A stretch of 64,000 bases of DNA from an uncultured euryarchaeote (GTDB taxonomy: Archaea; Thermoplasmatota; Poseidoniia; Poseidoniales; Poseidoniaceae): NCBI GenBank assembly GCA_937899865.1, contig CALBRH010000044.1, forward strand, positions 1 through 64,000. Direction: 5' to 3'. Position numbers and translations under genes: made by a program. The notes under the pieces were generated by a model. The model was not told the DNA's origin and did no database searches. It was given only the letters and a program-made list of their open reading frames with translations. This document shows, in pieces, positions 1-9,210 of this stretch; position 1 is the stretch's first letter, and every line of letters begins with the position of its first letter.

Positions 1-2
1 CA

Positions 3-2264
3 CTAGGTGCAGAAGTCGATGCATGGGGCTGTTCTGATGAGCAAAATAACGGTGGCTCAGGCAACGGTGGAGATGATGATACTGACGGTGATGGTATTCC
101 CGACTCAAGTGATGCTTGTCCTAATGAGGCATCAAATACCCAAAATGACGCTGATAATGACGGTTGTCCAGACGATGATGGCAGTGGAAACGGCGGTGGC
201 GATGGTGGCGATAGTGATGCAGACGGTGATGGTGTAATCGATGATGATGACACTTGTCCAGATACTCCTTTTGGAGAGTCTGTAGATTTCTTTGGTTGCA
301 GCGATAGCCAGAATGGCGGCGGAGATGGCTCAGGAAATGGCGGCGATAATGGCGATAATGGCGACGGTGACGGTTCTGGCGATGGAGGCTTTGGAGGCAT
401 AGATCTCGGTTGTATCCCAACAGGTACAGATATGAATCAAAAAACCGTGATTAGCTCTGATTTGATATACAATAATGGCATGAATCACTTCAATTTCCCA
501 ATTACTGAGGGCAAAGTATGGAGTGAATCCGCAGTAGGTCAAGGAAAAATAAGTCTCTCAGTAGAGTTGGGTGACTGTGAATTATTTTCTGAGGAATTGG
601 ATGGCTCGGGTGCCCTTCCACTAAACTACCGGCACATAGGTCAAGAATCGTTTACTGTTGACCAAACAACAGTATCTGCCAATGGAATTCAAGTATTTGC
701 TGGTAGAGAAGGTAACAATGATTGGGCTACTCCTGATTTCACTATATTGCCGAGTGTACCAGATAATGTCGCAAGAATGGGCTTACCATTCGCAGCTTGG
801 ATTAATGTTGTTGGATTCAATGAATTTGATTCCACGGTGAATATTTCAGGTTCGGTTAACTCAGCTAATGCAGGAATGCTTAGTGCTAATCAGATGTTGA
901 ATATCGACGAGTTAGGTGCAGTAGTTGTCGATACCATGAACCTTTCAAGTGGTGAATATGAACTTACGATTACAGGAACTAATAATGGCATGGACCGCTC
1001 TGTGACAGTTCCTTTCACAGTTGATAATGACCCTGATTTTGAGATTTTAACATTAGACCCTTGGATTGTTCTACCAGGTGGTGTAGAATGGGTCGTACCG
1101 ACTCCGATTTTCATAGAACCAGTCAATGGTTTTGGTGCTGATGTAACTGTTGGAGTAACAGTGCCAAACGGAGTTACTGCAGAATTGGACTTTGCTAGAG
1201 GTTCTGCTCCATTTATGGCAGTACTAACTTTGACAGTTCCAGCCAATCTTTCAGGCGGAGATTATACTGTAGTTGTAACAGGAACTTCTGGCGATACAGT
1301 TCGTTCAGATGAACTAACATTCAGTATCACTACGCTACCTGAATTTTCACTCGATATAGAAAATCGAGAGCAGTTGATTACCAACGGGGAAATGTCAATT
1401 TCAGGAGTGATAAATGCGCACAATGGTCTTGATTTGTCATTAGGTGGTGTACTTGATGTGATTGTGGAGCCATATAATGAGGCACTACTTGAAAGTGCAG
1501 TAATATCTTGGGGTACAATCGATAGTAATGGAGATTTACCATTTACTGTTACATTCTCAGTCGATGATAATACTCCAAGAAATGAATACACAGTCCAATT
1601 AAATGTTGTCAGTCTTGACGGTGGAATCGCTCACGCAGCATCAGTTGCTTTCGTTACCGAGTCCTCTACTCTTGATGGTACTGCAGAGGCAGCCAGTCAA
1701 TCTTCAGTAGCTACAGGAGATACAGCTCAGCATGATGGAACTGACACTTCAGCACAGAACATACCAGATGGCGAGGGTGATGAAGTGACGGACAGTAATG
1801 ATGGAGATAGTTCGGATTCAGATTCCAAATCATCTAACACTGGACTGATTGTCGGTGGAACAATTGGAGTGCTGCTAATTGCCGCGGTAGTTGGAGTTGT
1901 TGTTCTACGAGGTCGAGGAAGTAATCCAAATGGCAAAGATTTCTCGCAGCAAGCATGGGGTAGTCAAGCCGCAATGATGCCTAATCAAACAGGATATCAA
2001 CAACCTTCAGTTCCAGCAATGCAGCAACAATACGCTCAGCCACAACAAATGATTCAACAACCGGCGCAACCTGTACAACCTGTTGTTCAACAACCGCCCG
2101 CACCACAACCTGCAACACCAATCCAGCCAACTACTGTTGCTGATTACACAGGATTACCACCGGGTGGGCATTACGATCAATCAACAGGTCAAACCATCTA
2201 CGTCCAAGCAGATGGCATTAGATGGCAAATGAATGCAGATGGTAGTTTCAATCGATTGAATTGA
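3..2264 (+). CDS. Membrane-anchored surface protein, 5'-truncated: Gly/Asp-rich TSP3-like repeats, Ig-like beta domains, single C-terminal TM, Pro/Gln-rich cytoplasmic tail
   Basis: The frame of ORF 432..2264 is open back to the window edge (LGAEVDAWGC...DTDGDGIPDSSDACP...DADGDGVIDDDDTCP). TM GLIVGGTIGVLLIAAVVGVVVL is followed by a QQP-rich tail. Confidence 0.85.
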   Translation, partial: LGAEVDAWGCSDEQNNGGSGNGGDDDTDGDGIPDSSDACPNEASNTQNDADNDGCPDDDGSGNGGGDGGDSDADGDGVIDDDDTCPDTPFGESVDFFGCSDSQNGGGDGSGNGGDNGDNGDGDGSGDGGFGGIDLGCIPTGTDMNQKTVISSDLIYNNGMNHFNFPITEGKVWSESAVGQGKISLSVELGDCELFSEELDGSGALPLNYRHIGQESFTVDQTTVSANGIQVFAGREGNNDWATPDFTILPSVPDNVARMGLPFAAWINVVGFNEFDSTVNISGSVNSANAGMLSANQMLNIDELGAVVVDTMNLSSGEYELTITGTNNGMDRSVTVPFTVDNDPDFEILTLDPWIVLPGGVEWVVPTPIFIEPVNGFGADVTVGVTVPNGVTAELDFARGSAPFMAVLTLTVPANLSGGDYTVVVTGTSGDTVRSDELTFSITTLPEFSLDIENREQLITNGEMSISGVINAHNGLDLSLGGVLDVIVEPYNEALLESAVISWGTIDSNGDLPFTVTFSVDDNTPRNEYTVQLNVVSLDGGIAHAASVAFVTESSTLDGTAEAASQSSVATGDTAQHDGTDTSAQNIPDGEGDEVTDSNDGDSSDSDSKSSNTGLIVGGTIGVLLIAAVVGVVVLRGRGSNPNGKDFSQQAWGSQAAMMPNQTGYQQPSVPAMQQQYAQPQQMIQQPAQPVQPVVQQPPAPQPATPIQPTTVADYTGLPPGGHYDQSTGQTIYVQADGIRWQMNADGSFNRLN

Positions 2265-2345
2265 TATCGACAATCACTCACTATTGTCTTTCAAGTACAA
2301 TAGATTTCAAGAGCAATCGATATTCAGCCATGTTTAGGGGTCCTT

Positions 2346-3461
2346 ATGGCAACTATCAAGGAGCAAATCGAATTGATTCGCGCTGAGATAGATAAGACTC
2401 AGAAAAACAAGGCAACAAATGCCCATATTGGCAAATTAAAAGCCAAAATTGCCCAATTAAAAATTAAAGAAGAAAAAGCTGCGGCTCACTCAAAAGCCAG
2501 CGGTGGCGGCAAAGGATTTGAAGTTAAGAAATCAGGTGATGCAACTGTTGCATTGGTAGGTTTCCCTTCTGTAGGTAAATCAACCTTAATTTCCAAAGTT
2601 ACTGATGCCCATTCTGAAACCGGTGGATATGCATTTACCACCCTTACTTGTATTCCAGGAGTAATGGAACATCGTGGTGCTAAAATTCAGATTTTAGATT
2701 TGCCAGGTCTAATCAAAGGAGCCTCAGAAGGCAAGGGTAGAGGTCGAGAAATTCTTAATGTAATTCGTAGTGCAGATATGACATTATTTATCGTTGACCC
2801 ATTCCAAGATGCGCACTTCAATGTACTTCACAAAGAGTTGCATAATGCAGGTTTAAGATTGAATGAAACAAAACCTCCAGTATTTATCAAAAGGGTCGAT
2901 AAAGGCGGTATAGATGTTCGTACAACCGTTGAACAGACACATTTGAGCGATAGTGACATTGGCGATATCATTCGTTCTTTTGGTTATACATCTGCGGTTG
3001 TAACTCTGCGTGAAAATGCTACTGCTGAGCAAATTGTTGATTGTTTAGCTGGTAATCGGGTTTATGAAAAAGCAGTTATTGCAATTAATAAAATCGATAT
3101 TGCAACAGAGAAAGAGATAGTTAAGGCGACCAAAGCATTGCCAAGTGAGTGGCCAGTGATGCGTATATCAGCTTTCAAAGACATTGGTCTTGAGGAGCTA
3201 AAAGATTTCATTTACGACAATCTGGGATTCATGCGAGTTTTTCTAAAACCTCAAGGCCAAGAAGCGGATTTAGACGAGCCATTAATCGTTAAAGACGATT
3301 CGACTGTTGAAAATATCTGCAATAAATTGCATCGTGATTTTGTCAGAAAGTTTCGTTTTGCTAGAGTCAAAGGACCTAGTGCTAAATTTGACTGGCAGCG
3401 TGTTGGCTTAGATCATCGATTGTTAGATGGCGATTTATTGACTATTGTTGTCAAACGCTAA
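2346..3461 (+). CDS. drg: DRG/OBG-family GTPase with TGS domain
   Basis: G1 GFPSVGKST, G2 YAFTTLT, G3 DLPG, G4 NKID, C-terminal TGS (QRVGLDHRLLDGD). Confidence 0.95.
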   Translation: MATIKEQIELIRAEIDKTQKNKATNAHIGKLKAKIAQLKIKEEKAAAHSKASGGGKGFEVKKSGDATVALVGFPSVGKSTLISKVTDAHSETGGYAFTTLTCIPGVMEHRGAKIQILDLPGLIKGASEGKGRGREILNVIRSADMTLFIVDPFQDAHFNVLHKELHNAGLRLNETKPPVFIKRVDKGGIDVRTTVEQTHLSDSDIGDIIRSFGYTSAVVTLRENATAEQIVDCLAGNRVYEKAVIAINKIDIATEKEIVKATKALPSEWPVMRISAFKDIGLEELKDFIYDNLGFMRVFLKPQGQEADLDEPLIVKDDSTVENICNKLHRDFVRKFRFARVKGPSAKFDWQRVGLDHRLLDGDLLTIVVKR

Positions 3462-3775
3462 TCCCAAATTCCCATATCCATTTTTGCATCTTCAGAAGCG
3501 TGGATTTTAGGATCCCATCTTGGAGACCAAACTAAATTGACATGAACCGATTCAATTCCATCGGTATTCAATGCAGCACGATGAGTAGCAGCCATTATTT
3601 CCGCTGCTGCAGGACAACCAGGGCTAGTCAAAGTCATGTCGATTTCTGCATGAGTTTGGCCGTCTTTTTCTTCAATTCTAACATCATAAACTAATCCCAA
3701 TTCAACAATGGAAATTTCCAACTCTGGGTCCTCTACCTCGTCAAGATGTTGTATTACTGCAGATTTGTCAGTCAT
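3458..3775 (-). CDS. sufT: DUF59/MIP18 Fe-S assembly protein (SufT/PaaD-like)
   Basis: V.DPEL..SIVELGLVY, MTLTSPGCP, V.LVWSPRW; last gene of the suf operon. Confidence 0.92.
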   Translation of the reverse strand: MTDKSAVIQHLDEVEDPELEISIVELGLVYDVRIEEKDGQTHAEIDMTLTSPGCPAAAEIMAATHRAALNTDGIESVHVNLVWSPRWDPKIHASEDAKMDMGIWD

Positions 3776-3783
3776 TGAACCAC

Positions 3784-4194
3784 CTATGCATGATGTCTTA
3801 TTTCATTCATTACCTTGTCAAACATATTCCTAAAACCATTTGATCGACTTGGGGATAAAGAGTTGAGTATACCCATTTCAGCAGCAAATTCAGGACTTAG
3901 TGTCAAGACACTTTCTACCTCAATGCCATGAATTGCCATGGTAAGAATTCCCATCAAACCTTGAACTAATTTTGAATCAGCACCAGAATAAAAATGAACA
4001 TTTGAATCAATAATTTCGACTTTCACATGTGCTTCAGATTGGCAACCATGTACTCTAGTTGAATCAGTCCATTGTTCAATAGGTAGTAAATTTACTTCAT
4101 CAGCCAAATCAAAAACCATTTCCAGGCGTTCCATTTTGTCATCGATTTCTTTGAATTCTTCGATGAGCTCAACTAATTCAGTAGAATAAGTCAT
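3784..4194 (-). CDS. sufE: SufE sulfur-acceptor protein
   Basis: RVHGCQS motif, DSKLVQGL, LSPSRSNG; overlaps the sufS stop. Confidence 0.92.
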   Translation of the reverse strand: MTYSTELVELIEEFKEIDDKMERLEMVFDLADEVNLLPIEQWTDSTRVHGCQSEAHVKVEIIDSNVHFYSGADSKLVQGLMGILTMAIHGIEVESVLTLSPEFAAEMGILNSLSPSRSNGFRNMFDKVMNEIRHHA

Positions 4195-5378
4195 GCAAAT
4201 CGCTCCAGAATTTCTTTTAGATAATCTACAAAGGATACAACTTCTTCATGAGTATTGTAGAAATATAGTGATACCCTTACTGTACCAGTAATTTCTAAGC
4301 GATCTAGTAATGGTTGTGCACAATGATGTCCAGTTCTTACTGCGAATCCTCTGGCATCTAACAAATGGGCTAAATCTTCACTATTCATTGTTGGATGAAG
4401 AAATGAAACTACTGCAGCATCATTATCATCATGTCGTCCATAAACGGTCATACCCATTTCCCTAAGTTGAACCGCTAACCATCGAGCAGAATGTAAAATT
4501 CGTTTATGTTCAGATTTAATGTCAATTGAATTTAGCCATTTTATGGCTTCTGACCAACCGATAGCTTCTGCAATCCGTGGTGTTCCTGCTTCAAATTTTT
4601 GTTCATTTTTCTGATATGTTGAGCCATGAATTGAGACGGTCTCTATCATGTCACCGCCGCCCATAAATGGTTGCATTTCAGCAAAAGCATCCTCGGATAC
4701 CAGTAATGACCCAATGCCGGTTGGTCCACACATTTTGTGTGCAGAAAAAGCCATGAAATCGGCTCCTAATTGTTGGAAATCAATCTCTTGATGTGGTGCG
4801 CTTTGAGCAGCATCAAGCAGAACTCTTGCGCCTTTTTTCTTAGCAATTTCAATAATTTTTTCGACGGGATTACAAACACCAAGAACGTTTGAAATGTGGA
4901 CTACACAGACTAATTTTGCACCTTCAATTGCATCTTCAAACAAATCCATATCCAGTGTGAGGTCTTTCTGTACTGGGACATATCTTAGTTCAATATTCAT
5001 TTCTTTGGCTAGCATTTGCCATGGAACAATATCTGAATGATGTTCCATTTCTGTCAAAATTATCGCATCACCATCTGAAAGGTTTGCTCTTCCCCATGCA
5101 TGAGCAACCAAGTTGATTGCTTCAGTTGTTCCACTTGTTATGATCGCCTTACTAGCATTAAAACGTGACTTTAATTCTCTACGGCATGATTCATATCCCT
5201 CTGTTGCCTCACCAGCAAGAGTGTGGACAGCACGGTGAACATTTGCATTTGAATTTGAATAGTAATCATTCATTGCATCTATGACTGAATTAGGTTTTTG
5301 AGTCGTTGCAGCATTATCAAAGTATACCAACGGATAGCCATTGATTTCACGCTGCAAAATAGGGAAATCATCACGCAT
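4191..5378 (-). CDS. sufS: Cysteine desulfurase SufS (group II)
   Basis: YFDNAATTQKP, DAAQS, SAHKMCGPTGIG (PLP Lys), RTGHHCAQPL. Confidence 0.97.
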   Translation of the reverse strand: MRDDFPILQREINGYPLVYFDNAATTQKPNSVIDAMNDYYSNSNANVHRAVHTLAGEATEGYESCRRELKSRFNASKAIITSGTTEAINLVAHAWGRANLSDGDAIILTEMEHHSDIVPWQMLAKEMNIELRYVPVQKDLTLDMDLFEDAIEGAKLVCVVHISNVLGVCNPVEKIIEIAKKKGARVLLDAAQSAPHQEIDFQQLGADFMAFSAHKMCGPTGIGSLLVSEDAFAEMQPFMGGGDMIETVSIHGSTYQKNEQKFEAGTPRIAEAIGWSEAIKWLNSIDIKSEHKRILHSARWLAVQLREMGMTVYGRHDDNDAAVVSFLHPTMNSEDLAHLLDARGFAVRTGHHCAQPLLDRLEITGTVRVSLYFYNTHEEVVSFVDYLKEILERFA

Positions 5379-5388
5379 AATCTCATCC

Positions 5389-6417
5389 TCACTCGTCTAT
5401 ATTAGTGGATATAGCATCAATCAAAAATGCCTTTGTATGTTCATTTTTTATTTTTGCAAAACTACTGATTAAGAAACCTTCAACAATTTCTGTTTGAGCA
5501 TCATCTTTGCTAAATCCTCTAGCCATCATATAGTGTATTTGTTCGGGGTCTACCGATGAACTCGCTGCTCCATGAGCTGCACTTACATCATCAGAAAGTA
5601 CCTCGAGTTCAGGTATTGCTTCTGCTCTAGCTTTCTCAGATAATAGTAGATTTTTGAATACTTGGCCAGCATCGGATTGATCACAATTTTCTTCGATAAC
5701 AAGTAGGCCAGTACCGATCGCATGACCTTTATCTGAACATGCAGATTTGACACTCAATGATGAATTGCTATGACCGCTGAGGTGATGAATTTCTATGTGA
5801 TGGTCATCAATTCGACTATCTCTACAATTTACTGCTATATTTTGCATCAAGGTGGAATTGGTTCCTTTCAAGTAGGTTCGAATATCACTCTTGATTCTAC
5901 TACCTCCCATGGATAATTCACCATATTCTAGGGTTGAATCACGGGCAATATCCCAATCTTCACAGCGTAGCATTGTGGTGTTTTCGCTCAAATCATTGAC
6001 TATGGCAAATGACAAATTAACATTGCCATGTAAATTTCCTGTGATTGAAATTCCAAACCAGTTTGACTCACCTGACAAGCGAACACGAATACTTCCAGAG
6101 TTTTTTACTTCGAAATGGAAGTGGCAAGAATTCATTTCACCTTCACTGATTACTTGTATTTCTGAATTTGCATTTGAGTCATCTATTGTAATGTTGTGAA
6201 TCTTACTATTTGATTCTAGTAAAAATGTTCTTGAAATATCGGTTTTTGAGATTTCAGTAATGTTTGTTTTAGCATCAACTAATTCCCCATTTAGCAATAC
6301 GTTGGCAGAATTAATTTCCGGCATTGCATCTACTTGTGTTGGATGAACTTTACTCCATGGAGTATATCTCCAAAGGTGCTCAGACCTACTTGGAATTGGT
6401 AATTCTAGGTAACTCAT
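5389..6417 (-). CDS. sufD: SufD Fe-S cluster assembly protein
   Basis: E.WRYT N-terminus, NLLLS..A.A.AIPELE, AAHGA, YMMARG; lies between sufB and sufS. Confidence 0.9.
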   Translation of the reverse strand: MSYLELPIPSRSEHLWRYTPWSKVHPTQVDAMPEINSANVLLNGELVDAKTNITEISKTDISRTFLLESNSKIHNITIDDSNANSEIQVISEGEMNSCHFHFEVKNSGSIRVRLSGESNWFGISITGNLHGNVNLSFAIVNDLSENTTMLRCEDWDIARDSTLEYGELSMGGSRIKSDIRTYLKGTNSTLMQNIAVNCRDSRIDDHHIEIHHLSGHSNSSLSVKSACSDKGHAIGTGLLVIEENCDQSDAGQVFKNLLLSEKARAEAIPELEVLSDDVSAAHGAASSSVDPEQIHYMMARGFSKDDAQTEIVEGFLISSFAKIKNEHTKAFLIDAISTNIDE

Positions 6418-7820
6418 CCAATGGCACCTTCCATCTCAAGTTCGAGTAATTTGTTTAGTTCAACTGCATATTCCATTGGTAGTTCTCTGGTAAATGGTTC
6501 GAAGAATCCATTGACAATAAGCCCCATGGCTTCTTCTTCACTAAATCCTCGACTCATGAGGTAGAATAATTGGTCTCCTGAAATTTTTGAAACACTGGCT
6601 TCATGTTCCAAGTCAGCAGAGGAGTTGCTTACTTCCATAGTTGGATAGGTGTCAGAGCGTGAATCAGCATCGAGCATTAAAGCATCACATACTACCTTTG
6701 AACGACATCCGTGGGCTTTAGGATTAACTTTCAAAAGTCCACGATATGAGGATCTACCACCGTTCTTTGAAATTGATTTTGATAGAATGTTAGAGGTGGT
6801 ATTTGATGCTAAATGGTGAACCTTAGCACCAGCATCTTGGTGCTGTCCTTCGCCAGCATAAGCGACAGATATTATTTCTGCATGAGCGCCTTCTCCCTTG
6901 AGTATTACCGCTGGATACTTCATAGTCAATTTTGAGCCAATGTTACCATCAACCCATTCGACAACTGCATTCTTATGGGCAATACCTCGCTTAGTTACCA
7001 AGTTATACACATTAGCAGACCAGTTCTGCACAGTTGAGTAGCGTATCTTAGCACCATCCATAGCAATTAATTCAACAACAGCAGAATGTAGGGAGTCAGT
7101 AGAATAAGTTGGAGCAGTACAACCTTCAACATAGTGTATGCTACTACCTTCATCTGCAATAATCAGGGTTCTTTCGAATTGTCCCATGTTTTTGGCATTG
7201 ATTCTAAAGTATGCTTGAACCGGCATTTCAACATGAACACCTTTTGGAACATAGATAAATGACCCACCACTCCACACTGCGGTATTCAACGCAGAGAATT
7301 TATTATCAGCATATGGCACAACAGTGCAAAAGTATTTCTTGACCAATTCAGGATATTCTTTCAGCCCAGAATCCATATCAAGGAAAATCACACCTTGCTC
7401 TTCGAGATCTTCTCTAATCGAATGATAGACTGCTTCTGACTCATATTGAGCGGTAACTCCACCTAACCACTTTTGCTCAGCTTCAGGAATTCCAAGTCGA
7501 TCAAAAGTATTCTTAATGTCATCAGGAACATCATCCCAGTTCTTTTCGGTTTGTTCAGATGAACGCAAAAAGTATGTTACATTATCAAAGTCAATCGAAT
7601 CAAGCATACTGCAGTTTCCCCAATTAGGCATTGGCCTGTCCATGAAGTGATGGTAGGCTTTAACCCTAATTTCAGTCATCCATTCCGGTTCATTTTTGAG
7701 TTCAGAAATATCTCTAACTACTTGCTCAGTCAAGCCTTTATCAAATCTAATAGTAGCATTTTCCGGATCGTGAAATCCATACTTGTAATCTCCTACTGCA
7801 TTGTTTGCATCTTCACTCAT
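6414..7820 (-). CDS. sufB: SufB Fe-S cluster assembly protein
   Basis: [53 protein letters not shown] at 7820 is preferred to the track start at 7838. Confidence 0.98.
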   Translation of the reverse strand: MSEDANNAVGDYKYGFHDPENATIRFDKGLTEQVVRDISELKNEPEWMTEIRVKAYHHFMDRPMPNWGNCSMLDSIDFDNVTYFLRSSEQTEKNWDDVPDDIKNTFDRLGIPEAEQKWLGGVTAQYESEAVYHSIREDLEEQGVIFLDMDSGLKEYPELVKKYFCTVVPYADNKFSALNTAVWSGGSFIYVPKGVHVEMPVQAYFRINAKNMGQFERTLIIADEGSSIHYVEGCTAPTYSTDSLHSAVVELIAMDGAKIRYSTVQNWSANVYNLVTKRGIAHKNAVVEWVDGNIGSKLTMKYPAVILKGEGAHAEIISVAYAGEGQHQDAGAKVHHLASNTTSNILSKSISKNGGRSSYRGLLKVNPKAHGCRSKVVCDALMLDADSRSDTYPTMEVSNSSADLEHEASVSKISGDQLFYLMSRGFSEEEAMGLIVNGFFEPFTRELPMEYAVELNKLLELEMEGAIG

Positions 7821-7822
7821 AA

Positions 7823-8560
7823 TTATGCCTCCAACCAATCATAGCCTCTTGCCTCTAATTCCAAGGCAAGTTCTGGTCCACCAGATTTGACAAATTTACC
7901 ATCAATCATTGCATGAACAAAGTCAGGCTTAACAAGATCAAGAAGTCTTTGATAGTGGGTAATCAGTAATACGCCAATATTTTGTGCAGTTTCATTAATT
8001 CCCTTAGCAACAAGTCTCAATGCATCGATATCTAATCCGGAATCAGTTTCATCTAAGAGTGCAAGACGAGGCTTTAACAACATCATTTGTAACATTTCCA
8101 AGCGCTTTTTCTCGCCACCACTAAAACCATCATTTACATATCTTGATAGGAAACTGCGATCCATTTCTAATTTCTCCATCGCATTGTTTAATTCTTTACG
8201 AAATTCTCTTGCTTTGATATTTTCATCTCTAACATTATTGACGGATTTCTTCAAGAAATTGCCAACTTGAACTCCAGGTATTGATGGAGGATATTGGAAG
8301 GAAAGAAACATACCTGCTCTGGCTCGCTCAAACACATCATAATCTTCGATTGCTTTACCGAGGTAAAATATTTCACCACTGGTAATTTCATACGCAGGGT
8401 GCCCCATTAAAACGTGAGCAAGAGTAGATTTTCCTGAGCCATTACGACCCATAATGGCATGAATTTCACCAGTTTTGATTGCAAGATTGATTCCCTTGAT
8501 AATCTCTTTACCGTCGACAGACACATGGAGTTCGCGTATGTCAAGTATCAAGTCAGACAT
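7823..8560 (-). CDS. sufC: SufC ABC-type ATPase
   Basis: [43 protein letters not shown]. Confidence 0.98.
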   Translation of the reverse strand: MSDLILDIRELHVSVDGKEIIKGINLAIKTGEIHAIMGRNGSGKSTLAHVLMGHPAYEITSGEIFYLGKAIEDYDVFERARAGMFLSFQYPPSIPGVQVGNFLKKSVNNVRDENIKAREFRKELNNAMEKLEMDRSFLSRYVNDGFSGGEKKRLEMLQMMLLKPRLALLDETDSGLDIDALRLVAKGINETAQNIGVLLITHYQRLLDLVKPDFVHAMIDGKFVKSGGPELALELEARGYDWLEA

Positions 8561-8630
8561 TGTCCCACCAATTTATTCCATATGATTCTCCTTTATGAAT
8601 GAGTGTAAAAAATTGCGGCGCAGTATTGCG

Positions 8631-8650
8631 TTTTTAGGTTGGCCTAAAAA
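8631..8650. promoter_or_regulatory. Perfect 8-4-8 inverted repeat in the divergent sufC/nfuA promoter region (candidate operator)
   Basis: TTTTTAGG-ttgg-CCTAAAAA. Confidence 0.4.
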
Positions 8651-8688
8651 TAGCAAAAAGTCAAAAACCACAACGATTTACCAACATC

Positions 8689-9150
8689 ATGACTGATGAT
8701 GACCTCGTTGCAAAGTATGCAGCAGAGGCGAAGAAATCAATTGAAGAAGAGGCGCAAAAGCGCGTTGAGGAAGTCATTGATCCAATTTACGAGGCAAAAC
8801 TCAGAGCGAATTCACTTTTTGTTATGTTGGATTCAGAGGATTTGGTGCCAGCACTATTGGCTAGGCTAGGCAGCGTTAGAGCAGCTCTTGATGGCCATGG
8901 CGGTGGAATAAAAGTAGATTCATACCAAAGTTTGTCAAATGAGGGTAGTCAATCTCTCGATTTTGTTTTGGATTTAACAGGGGCTTGTCTTTCTTGCGGT
9001 GCGGCTCCTGGAACCCTTGATGGGATTAAGGCTGATTTGGAATCAGATAAGGAAATCAGTAACGTAAGATTTTCAAGTAATTTGCTAGACACCTTTGATG
9101 AATTAGGCAGAGAATTTATTTTAGCTCACGGAAATGTTGAGTTTGTTTAA
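8689..9150 (+). CDS. NifU C-terminal-like (NfuA-type) Fe-S carrier
   Basis: VRAALDGHGGGIKV...LTGACLSCG (CxxC); divergent from the suf operon. Confidence 0.85.
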   Translation: MTDDDLVAKYAAEAKKSIEEEAQKRVEEVIDPIYEAKLRANSLFVMLDSEDLVPALLARLGSVRAALDGHGGGIKVDSYQSLSNEGSQSLDFVLDLTGACLSCGAAPGTLDGIKADLESDKEISNVRFSSNLLDTFDELGREFILAHGNVEFV

Positions 9151-9210
9151 TATCCTCGTAGATATTTTCCGATGGGATGATTTCAAATCACAATTGGTTT
9201 AGCAACGCAC

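Noticed and set aside
7-1936. Alternative-frame and antisense ORFs over the first gene (7..237, 121..420, 890..1246, 1262..1591 and others)
   Set aside because: These are shadows of a Gly/Asp/Thr/Val-rich coding strand. The same applies to the many antisense ORFs elsewhere in the track (for example 55714..56601), none of which has a recognisable motif.
2265-2345. Overlapping short inverted repeats after gene 1 (GACAAT/ATTGTC; CTATTGT/ACAATAG)
   Set aside because: The stems are 6-7 bp with long loops in AT-rich DNA, and nothing else supports them.
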